Of a stretch of 34,975 bases of DNA, positions 27,896-34,975 are shown one piece after another. A program made the translations under genes and the position numbers. The DNA comes from Candidatus Bathyarchaeia archaeon (lineage in GTDB: Archaea > Thermoproteota > Bathyarchaeia > Bathyarchaeales > Bathycorpusculaceae), in the NCBI GenBank assembly GCA_050010515.1, contig JBEKKX010000025.1:1-34975 (forward strand). The letters run 5' to 3'. Under the pieces are notes generated by a model. The model was not told where the DNA came from. It made no database searches and saw only the letters and a list, made by a program, of their open reading frames with translations. Within the stretch, counting starts at the first letter, position 1; each line of letters starts with the position of its first letter.

Positions 27896-28225
27896 TTGAC
27901 AAGTTATCGGTTGGTGGGGGGAAAGTTGAACTTAAAACTCTACGCAATCAAGAGGGGGAATCAAAAACTTGACAGTTGCATCCAACTGGTCGTAGTTGAC
28001 TTAGACAAAGGCAAACGTTACCCATTAAACTTCGTCTGCGTTCTGCCTCAATACCTCCGCTTACTTGAAAAACGCTCCAGCAACTTTGCTAAAATTTTCG
28101 GCGGAAAAAGCCTTCCTGTAGCAAAAAACCTTTTGGTTGAAGCAAAGCACAGGGAAGAAGACCCTGACATCCAGAAGGTCATCAGTAAACGGATAAGAGC
28201 CATCGACTTGGAACAGACTGTTTAG
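27896..28225 (+). CDS. Hypothetical protein (start probably TTG 27926)
   Basis: Non-overlapping 100-109 aa ORF with a G-rich RBS-like stretch before TTG 27926; no family recognised. Confidence 0.65.
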   Translation: MTSYRLVGGKLNLKLYAIKRGNQKLDSCIQLVVVDLDKGKRYPLNFVCVLPQYLRLLEKRSSNFAKIFGGKSLPVAKNLLVEAKHREEDPDIQKVISKRIRAIDLEQTV

Positions 28226-28264
28226 AAAACAGAACAGCAATTAAGCAAAATTCACTTTTACAAA

Positions 28265-29479
28265 TTACCGTTTAGATGAAGAGATAAGAAGCGAAATAAG
28301 ATAGTCATGTTCAACTAGACCGAACGCTCCATTTCTTGCAGAAAACTCATCAAACTTTTTAACGCCATCAGGCTTCAAAAACGGCGACTTAATAGCAAAA
28401 GGCACAGGGTCTCTTGAATGCGTTCCGATCCTAATTGGCGTGGGATGATCAGGCGAAATTGCAATCGCATAAGGCTCCGTTAAGCCGTCGAGAATTCTGC
28501 CTAGCAGCCTCTTGTCTAAGTCCTCAATCGTTTTAACTTTTAACGCGTAATCCCTAATGTGCCCCGCTTCGTCAGGTGCCTCAACATGAACAAAAACCAA
28601 ATCATTATCCTCAAGAGCTTTCAGCGCAGCATCTGCTTTGCCTTCATAGTTAGTATTATACAAACCCGTTGCTCCGGGAACGTTGATTATTTCCATTCCA
28701 GCGTAAGTGCCGATTCCCTTCACCAAATCAACCGCAGATATGACTGCAGCTTTCAAACCGTACTTTTCTCTCAACGTCGGCATGGAAGGTTTTTTGCCGC
28801 CTCCCCACGGCCAAATCAGGTTGCCTGGTCTCTTGCCTGCTTTTTCACGGGCAATGTTTACGGGGTGAGTCCGCAGAATACCTCCGGAACGATTAATTAG
28901 CTCTCTGAGCAATCGTGCTGTTTTTTCGGCTTCTGCCGACTTGGCTTTTGGTAACACCGCTGAAACATTTACTCCGATAGCGTCATGCGGTGGGGTGCAT
29001 TGGATAAGCTCTGGCTTTGGGATGTTTCGCAGTATCAGAAAGTGCCTGTAGTCAAGGCCTAGATAGAATTCGATTTTGCCTAATTTTCCAAATGCTTTAT
29101 TTATCGATGCTATTAATCTGCTTGATTCTTCAGTTGTTATGTGACCCGCTGAATAATCAACGATAACTCCATCTTTCTCAGTTATCAAATTACACCTGTA
29201 CGCTGCATCATTTTCCCCTAGCCTTATGCCTCTGGAAGGCGCTTCAAGCGGGCCTCTGCCCGTGCAATACTTTCTTGGATCGTACCCCAGCAGTGAACAT
29301 ATCGCAGTTTCTGAGCCTGGGCTTAACTCGTCAGGAACTGTTTTGATGAGGCCACTTTGGCCTTTGGCTGCTATTGAATCCATGTTTGGTTTGTATGCTG
29401 CTTGAAGTGGAGTTTTGTTTCCCAATTCAGGAACAGGGTAATCAGCCATTCCATCTCCAACAACGAGTATGTACTTCAT
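28265..29479 (-). CDS. apgM: Cofactor-independent phosphoglycerate mutase (ApgM family)
   Basis: GDGMAD, KTPL, PGSETA, GRGPLEA, HVEAPDEAGH, PDHPTP, HSRDPVPF. Confidence 0.93.
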   Translation of the reverse strand: MKYILVVGDGMADYPVPELGNKTPLQAAYKPNMDSIAAKGQSGLIKTVPDELSPGSETAICSLLGYDPRKYCTGRGPLEAPSRGIRLGENDAAYRCNLITEKDGVIVDYSAGHITTEESSRLIASINKAFGKLGKIEFYLGLDYRHFLILRNIPKPELIQCTPPHDAIGVNVSAVLPKAKSAEAEKTARLLRELINRSGGILRTHPVNIAREKAGKRPGNLIWPWGGGKKPSMPTLREKYGLKAAVISAVDLVKGIGTYAGMEIINVPGATGLYNTNYEGKADAALKALEDNDLVFVHVEAPDEAGHIRDYALKVKTIEDLDKRLLGRILDGLTEPYAIAISPDHPTPIRIGTHSRDPVPFAIKSPFLKPDGVKKFDEFSARNGAFGLVEHDYLISLLISSSKR

Positions 29480-29766
29480 TTAATCAACTTCAAAGTAGCC
29501 TTTTGTACAATTGCACAGCCTTAAACCTGTGCTTGCTTTTTCTTTGCTTCACAAGATACTGCAACCGTATATTTATCTACCTACTTTCTTCAGAGATCCG
29601 TAAGTGGGTTAGCTTTTATGGTCTCTCAATTAAAAACTCAAAAAAATATGGGAACATAGAAAAAAGTGAGCTATTTTAGAGTTAGGAGCAAAATTTTTTC
29701 GAAGAGTTGAATTCGCACAAATATTTATCTGCAAACCTCGGCGTGGTGAGTAACGGGATAGGGTAT

Positions 29767-29799
29767 CAATTTAGCTAGTGGATTTCTCTAGCAAAATTG
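29767..29799. repeat. Dispersed imperfect palindrome, copy 2 (CAATTTAGCTAG-N9-CTAGCAAAATTG)
   Basis: 12-bp arms with one mismatch; matches 11357-11387 in reverse orientation. Confidence 0.6.
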
Positions 29800-29866
29800 G
29801 AGTAGGGCGGGGTCTATTTTTTTAGATATTGAGAGTAGATGAAAAAAAGCGAGAGTAAACATGATG

Positions 29867-30028
29867 TTATGGTTTTTTGCTTTTGTTTTTCTTCATGAAA
29901 GCTTCTAGTGCATTGAACGCTTCTTCTAACTCTGATATAGGCGGTAGGAAAACTATTCTCGCGTGGCCTTTGCCGTAAACAGGGTCGAAGCCTGAGCCGT
30001 TAACGATGAGCACTATTATTTTATTCAT
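29867..30028 (-). pseudogene. Orphan C-terminal fragment of a class I/II (alanine-type) aminotransferase
   Basis: Hand translation MNKIIVLIVNGSGFDPVYGKGHARIVFLPPISELEEAFNALEAFMKKNKSKKP* resembles the archaeal AlaAT C-terminus (V.GSGF..YG.GH.R.VFLPP...LEEA). Confidence 0.8.
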
Positions 30029-30048
30029 AAAATGTTTAAAGGGAATCT

Positions 30049-30651
30049 TTAAAATTTGGGGTTGCTTTCTGTTATGTTTTTTAGGACCTCGTCTGTGGTT
30101 CTTAGCAGTCCGATTCTTGGAAAAATGTACTTTAGGGTTGCTTCATGTTCTTCTTTGCTGTTTGCAGCCATCGCGTCTATGGCGAAGATTTGGTTGTATC
30201 CGCGTTGATATGCGTCTCTGGCGGTTGTCTCCACGCCTATGTTGGTTGAAACTCCGCAGAGGACAATGGTTTCTATTTTTCTGCGTCTTAGTTGCAAATC
30301 AAGTTCGGTTCCGTAAAAAGCACCCCACTGCCTCTTCGCTATAACTATGTCCTTGTCCGTAGGCTTTATTTCTTCCATAAACTCAGCCCAACCTGCAGGC
30401 CTAGGGCCTGAACCCCACTGAACCTGCTGATCGGTCACGGGATGCAGCATGTCTCTTCCATCGATTGATGTCACATGTACTAAGAAAACAGGCATTCCGG
30501 CGTCTCTGAACTTCGTGACAAGCTTTGAGACGTTTGCGACAACTTGGCTTGCAGTGTTAGGCTCAAGTTTTCTGTCGAGTGCAACTATGCCCTTTTGCAC
30601 ATCTATAACAACCAACGCTGTCTTATTCAAATCTAGTTTCAAATCAACCAT
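30049..30651 (-). CDS. Isochorismatase-family hydrolase, YecD-like
   Basis: ALVVIDVQKGI, KRQWGAFYGTELDLQLRRR, GVSTNIGVETTAR (Gly at the usual catalytic Cys position, as in YecD). Confidence 0.9.
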   Translation of the reverse strand: MVDLKLDLNKTALVVIDVQKGIVALDRKLEPNTASQVVANVSKLVTKFRDAGMPVFLVHVTSIDGRDMLHPVTDQQVQWGSGPRPAGWAEFMEEIKPTDKDIVIAKRQWGAFYGTELDLQLRRRKIETIVLCGVSTNIGVETTARDAYQRGYNQIFAIDAMAANSKEEHEATLKYIFPRIGLLRTTDEVLKNITESNPKF

Positions 30652-30930
30652 GCCAAATCACTACTTTGAAGGGTACAAAACGGTTCTTATATGCATTTTT
30701 TATCTTGGTTTTCTAACAACATGACAAGATAAAAGGATTGTCAAAGAGCCAAAAAACGGTAAAAGAGCTAAATTAAACTCGTCAAAGTCTTTTATAAGAT
30801 TAAAAGAGCAGCGCACCATCGCGCTTTACTTGGCACTAAATCAACTAATGTGGCTACCATTTTGTTTTTCGGAATGATTTCCTTCATGCCTTCTGTGTTT
30901 TTGCCAAAGTTTTAAGAATAGCCAGTTCAA

Positions 30931-32049
30931 TTGTTAAATGAGTGCCAGAAATTGGAAGTTCTCCGACAAAGAATAACCACTCTGCTGAGGCAACAAACTT
31001 GGGGATCAATAGATGAAGCTATCAGAATTCTTACAGAAGAAACACGTTTAGATGGAACATTGGACCCTTTTCGGAATCCTGACGGGCTTCTGTGGAATGA
31101 TTTGGCACTAACTCTCAAGGCAAACGGACTGCTTTCTGAGGCACTCACAGTTTTCCATGCTTTTCTCGATCGGTGCTACGAGCTGCAGGAAGAGCATTCT
31201 CGAAGAATTCATAAGGGTACTCCTCTTCAGTATTTGGGACTGACTTATCAAGCCTTAGGTCAATCGGAACAAGCCCGAAAATATCATATTCTTGCTTTCA
31301 TTGAAGACGTTATTAACGCTCGGGAAAACCCTCCAAACACAATCGTATGTTCGCCAGCGTCGATTGTTTTAAGACGCACTTACCGTATGAGAGAAACTGA
31401 ACTTCAATCAATTCAAGATTATGTTTTGGGGAGACCTCTAATAGAAATTTTACTCTATCCCGAAGATTTGTTGCTGAATTGGATGGCTGAAAATGAAAGA
31501 AACGAACAGATATTAATAGCAAGAAGCAAAGAGGAACGATTGTACAAAACTAACCTGTTTCATTTGCGTAGGCTCATTAATCTCGCGTCAACCGATGTTA
31601 GTGGAGAAGCGATGGAGTTTTTAGCATACTACCTCTTTTCATGTGTTGACGGATTTGAACCTGTTCCCCGTAGAGGTACAAGCGCCTTTCATTTTGATTT
31701 AGTTGTTAGAAATTTAACTTGTGATCATCCATTGGTCGCAGGATTGGGAGAATACATAGGCGTGGAATGTAAAAACCTGAACAAAACTGTGAGCGCACAA
31801 CAAATAAATCACTTTATCCAAAAACTCCGTCTTCACAATATGAAGTGCGGAGTAATCTTTACAAAAAACGGAATAAGTGGCGTGAAGTTTAGAGGATTAG
31901 TGTTTGGGCGATTAATTCAAGCAAAGACTTGGAACAGGGATGGAATAGTGGTTTTCGATTTGACTTCAGCTGATCTTGCAGGTCTTGGAAATGGCGATAA
32001 TTTGGTTTCGCTTCTGCTTAAAAAATATGAGGCCATAAGGTTCCTTTGA
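30931..32049 (+). CDS. TPR-like helical domain fused to an Mrr-type PD-(D/E)xK endonuclease; candidate defence protein
   Basis: C-terminal HFDLVVRN...GVECKNLNKTVSAQQINHF...GVIFTKNGISG; N-terminal LWNDLALTLKANG and LQYLGLTYQALGQSEQARKYH helices. Confidence 0.75.
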   Translation: MLNECQKLEVLRQRITTLLRQQTWGSIDEAIRILTEETRLDGTLDPFRNPDGLLWNDLALTLKANGLLSEALTVFHAFLDRCYELQEEHSRRIHKGTPLQYLGLTYQALGQSEQARKYHILAFIEDVINARENPPNTIVCSPASIVLRRTYRMRETELQSIQDYVLGRPLIEILLYPEDLLLNWMAENERNEQILIARSKEERLYKTNLFHLRRLINLASTDVSGEAMEFLAYYLFSCVDGFEPVPRRGTSAFHFDLVVRNLTCDHPLVAGLGEYIGVECKNLNKTVSAQQINHFIQKLRLHNMKCGVIFTKNGISGVKFRGLVFGRLIQAKTWNRDGIVVFDLTSADLAGLGNGDNLVSLLLKKYEAIRFL

Positions 32050-32117
32050 TCTTCAGGTGGAAAGCGTCACAAGAAAAATGATAAAAATCTTATTTGGCGA
32101 GTTCAATTGTTCCTATC

Positions 32118-33023
32118 TTAAATATACTCGCACTTTCCTGAGAGTTTCTGCTTTCCCATCAATATTTCCAAATGAGCCCTGAACGGAACAAACTTTTTGT
32201 TGATGGATTCAGCTTTGGTCTTAAGCAGAAGAAACTTCTCGCGTCTCTCATTGATTTCGTCGTCAAGTATGCTTCTCACTTTCTGAACGTCAGCAACATC
32301 AGTGGAGGGGTCAAGTTGAATTATGTTATTTCCAAAAGAAACCGTCAAATAAGTCCCCTTTCCAAACGGTTGAACTGCAGTGGTTAGTTGGTAGCCCCCA
32401 GTTCCCGCCATGCGGTTGAATATTGCAACCCCACAAAAGGGTGTCACACACTGGCCCGAAAAGTTCCAATCCTTCACTACTGGTAGACCGAGTTTCTTAG
32501 CTATGGATTCAGTCATCACGTTAGCAAGCTCCAAACTCTCTCGGTTGAATTGGTCCACCTTAGATGTCAGGTTTTCCCACTCTTCAAATAGCATCTTGAA
32601 ATGATTTTTGCGACAATCTTCAAAAAACTCGTTCTCAATGTGAATTTGTTCGTCTTCCTGAAAGATGTTTGAACCTGAAGTGTTCTTAGGTGCAATACTG
32701 GCGACAATTTCGTAGTTTATGGGTTCCTCATTTAGACCAGCCGCGAATTTTTTTGTAATTCTTCTTTCCCAAGCCAGATTTTCCCTTTTGAATTCAATGA
32801 TTGGCAGATAATATTTGTCCGTTAGGTCAAGCATTGGAGTCAACACATTAACTTTGATTTGCTTGTAATGTTCAGCCTTATTTTCGCTCTGGTCTCGGTA
32901 TTTTTCCGTGAATCGAGCGGCGATAAAAGCAGCAGCAATACCGACTATTGCAAGAATTATAGCTGAAATTATCTGAATGGTTGAATCAGTATTCAACGCA
33001 AACTCCAACAGCATGCGAACCAC
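32118..33023 (-). CDS. Hypothetical protein with a single N-terminal transmembrane helix
   Basis: 301-aa ORF; hydrophobic IISAIILAIVGIAAAFIAA followed by a soluble helical region. Confidence 0.75.
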   Translation of the reverse strand: MVRMLLEFALNTDSTIQIISAIILAIVGIAAAFIAARFTEKYRDQSENKAEHYKQIKVNVLTPMLDLTDKYYLPIIEFKRENLAWERRITKKFAAGLNEEPINYEIVASIAPKNTSGSNIFQEDEQIHIENEFFEDCRKNHFKMLFEEWENLTSKVDQFNRESLELANVMTESIAKKLGLPVVKDWNFSGQCVTPFCGVAIFNRMAGTGGYQLTTAVQPFGKGTYLTVSFGNNIIQLDPSTDVADVQKVRSILDDEINERREKFLLLKTKAESINKKFVPFRAHLEILMGKQKLSGKCEYI

Positions 33024-33108
33024 ATCTTATGAATCATTATTGTATGTTATATTTAAAAGCAAAACTTACAAAAAGCGGACCCTCGTGCTCTTCAAAGAAA
33101 CTAAAATC

Positions 33109-33660
33109 TTATTTGACTTCAAGCAGGGGTTTTACAGCTGTGATTCCTATCCAAGTCTGCCGTACTACTCCATCATGAACTCTTGGCGGAAGGTCTCCAT
33201 AAGCATGAAGTAGTTCATGAATTGTGGAATCTACAAGTGGCATGAGTTCCCTGCCGGTTCCAGGGTCGAAGACGAAAAATTGGCCGTTCTTCTTTTTTAC
33301 CCACCGCATTAATGTAACTATCTTAAATTCAGTAGCTTTGTCGTTTTCGCATTCTGTTAACTGTACGTACTTTGAAGATTTGTAAGATTCAACATTTTTG
33401 TCAAGCATTTCAATGTCTACTTTTTCTGGAGCTCGCAATTTAAATTCAGGTTCCGCTTCGAGAATTGCTGTTTCCCGTTTGATGTCTGTTCCGTTGATGG
33501 TACTCCCAGTCTCAACCTTCCATTTGGCAAGTAAATTCTGTCTTACCTCATTGCATTTTTGTTCTATTTTTGAAACACCAAGGTCTGAAAATTTTCTCAC
33601 AGTATCTTTGACCAAGCGTTCGGCTTCTGCAGTTTCAGAATCATAGGAATTTGTTGAGAT
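33109..33660 (-). CDS. Small HEXXH zincin-like protein; start uncertain (TTG 33615 or ATC 33660)
   Basis: STIHELLHAYG...VH motif; frame stays open upstream to ATC 33660, which follows a GAGGG RBS-like sequence. Confidence 0.65.
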   Translation of the reverse strand: MSTNSYDSETAEAERLVKDTVRKFSDLGVSKIEQKCNEVRQNLLAKWKVETGSTINGTDIKRETAILEAEPEFKLRAPEKVDIEMLDKNVESYKSSKYVQLTECENDKATEFKIVTLMRWVKKKNGQFFVFDPGTGRELMPLVDSTIHELLHAYGDLPPRVHDGVVRQTWIGITAVKPLLEVK

Positions 33661-33799
33661 TGTTTTTCCCTCGCTTTCTCAATCAATCGTTTTAAATAAA
33701 AAGGTTGTTAGATAAGCCAGCGCTAAAACCGATTTCTGCTGGCTTTACAGAAACCTTGAAATTGCTAAGGGGTCCTTTGGTTGAACGGACGATGAGATG

Positions 33800-34085
33800 A
33801 TCGAGGTACGATGAAGCTGAAGGCGGGGAATTTAAGCTGGAGGCTTGTGAAGTCTTTTTCCGCTATTGAGTCCAAAAAGAAGCTTTGACGAAGAGGTTTC
33901 TTCAGTATATGCTTAATAAATCGCGGTACGCCGAAGCTGAAGGCGGGGAATTTAAGCTGGAGGCTTGTGAAGTCTTTTTCCGCTATTGAGTCCGCATCTA
34001 AAAAAATTTGGTCACTATATTTTGAGGATATCGAAGTACGAAGACGCTTTAAGGGCGGATGGCATCTTTTTCCGCTACCGAGTCC
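33800..34085. repeat. Three-copy interspaced repeat array
   Basis: Copies 33800-33873 and 33920-33993 are 71/74 identical (61 nt exact); degenerate 56-nt copy at 34030-34085; unique spacers of 46 and 36 nt. Confidence 0.9.
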
Positions 34086-34166
34086 ATCGACTTCGAGTTT
34101 TTTCCGAATTTTGGTTTCGTTAAAAAAGGGTTCAATAAAGAAAGAGGCTGGAGAGTAGGTTCTTAT

Positions 34167-34391
34167 TTAGTAGGGTTCTTTTTTCCCGGTCATGTATGCC
34201 CAAGCGCCGACTATCGCAACTGTTAGGCATGCACCAGCAAATCCTGAAATCAGGAAGCTTGACGCACCGCCGAGCAACGGCAAAACTGCAATCATCCATG
34301 GGATAATGAAGACTGCTGTGACTTGTGCTATAATGCCTGCTACGAAACCTAAAACAGCTATTATACCAAATATTTTCAATCTACTATTCAT
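34167..34391 (-). CDS. Small membrane protein (two predicted TM helices)
   Basis: 74-aa hydrophobic ORF with an AGGTGA RBS upstream. Confidence 0.75.
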   Translation of the reverse strand: MNSRLKIFGIIAVLGFVAGIIAQVTAVFIIPWMIAVLPLLGGASSFLISGFAGACLTVAIVGAWAYMTGKKEPY

Positions 34392-34616
34392 TCAATCACC
34401 TTTTTGTTTTTAGCATTACTTGGCGCTTCTTTTTAGTCTAACTTACATGTTTTTGTCTAAACGGTTTAGCGCTTACATCGTCTTTAACTCTTCCATTTAA
34501 AGCCTAAAGCAACTTTTTACGTGACATATAGCTGTACAGCTATACGAGCATATCTCCACCATATTAACAATGCATAAGATTGTTCTCTGCACCTCTCTCT
34601 TCAGAGGTAATCTAAA

Positions 34617-34975
34617 TTGTCAGAAAGATTTACAAAAAAGTGGGAAAGTAAACGGGAAGATGAGCCATTCTCAAACCGCATTAAAGACGCTGTAAAACCA
34701 CCAGGACCATTGAAGCCACGACTAGATTTCGCCGTCAGGCGCATCGATCTTCAAGTACAGAAGCTTGATCAAGCCACGGACCGATTCAGTCAAAGAGACA
34801 AAGCAATCTTCGCTAGAATAGTTGACGCTTATGCAAAGCATGACAGCGCACGCGCAAATGTATTCGCCAACGAGTTAGCTGAAGTTCGAAAAATGTCAAA
34901 GTTAATAATGAATGCTAAACTTGCACTTGAACAAATCACATTAAGGTTACGAACAGTATCAGAACTAGGCGACGT
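34617..34975 (+). CDS. cdvB: ESCRT-III/Snf7-family cell division protein CdvB paralogue (3' truncated by window; absent from the ORF track)
   Basis: TTG 34617 after GAGGT; hand translation MSERFTKKWE...PGPLKPRL...RDKAIFARIVDA...RANVFANELAEVRKM...LALEQITLRLRTVSELGD. Confidence 0.9.
   Translation, partial: MSERFTKKWESKREDEPFSNRIKDAVKPPGPLKPRLDFAVRRIDLQVQKLDQATDRFSQRDKAIFARIVDAYAKHDSARANVFANELAEVRKMSKLIMNAKLALEQITLRLRTVSELGD

Noticed and set aside
30205-30270. Missing catalytic Cys in the isochorismatase-family protein as a novelty
   Set aside because: TNIGV is the normal YecD-subfamily sequence
400-33646. Numerous antisense or overlapping ORFs in the track (e.g. 400-684, 8702-9076, 14715-15131, 19578-20006, 23827-24348, 30006-30344)
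   Set aside because: Shadows of well-supported genes with no recognisable motifs
30049-33660. Archaeal integron cassette array
   Set aside because: Mixed gene orientation, no RYYYAAC...GTTRRRY hairpins seen between the genes and no integron integrase in the window
33800-34085. Canonical CRISPR array
   Set aside because: Repeats of 56-74 nt are too long, there are only three copies, no typical GAAA(C/G) end and no cas genes
33765-34166. Protein-coding reading of the repeat region (133-codon open minus frame; + ORFs 33967-34158 and 33909-33989)
   Set aside because: No convincing start for the long frame, the copy period of 110 nt breaks frame, and homologous frames contain stops in at least one copy on each strand; a decayed gene is not fully excluded

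Overview
Archaeal chromosomal segment. A TACK lineage, most likely Bathyarchaeia, is inferred from the fused RpoA'/A'', CdvB-type ESCRT-III, multi-PAS kinases with a NitrOD1/DUF3227-like partner and frequent TTG starts. Left to right: 3' end of the rpoB-rpoA-rpl30e-nusA operon; a hicB/frameshifted hicA pair; a three-gene operon resembling a minimal Smc5/6 complex (short, apparently hinge-less SMC ATPase, Nse4-like kleisin, Nse1/Nse3-like kite); a methyltransferase and nucS; a DUF433/PIN TA pair bracketed by a duplicated pdaD 3' end; a two-component signalling cluster; cdc6-wHTH-moaCBA preceded by a long hairpin; an AbrB/VapC TA pair abutting a truncated lhr; apgM; an orphan aminotransferase 3' fragment; an accessory block (YecD-like hydrolase, TPR-Mrr nuclease, membrane-anchored protein, HEXXH protein, three-copy structured repeat array); and the 5' part of cdvB. 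No tRNA, rRNA, canonical CRISPR, integrase or transposase was recognised. All family calls come from motif recognition by eye, with no database search.
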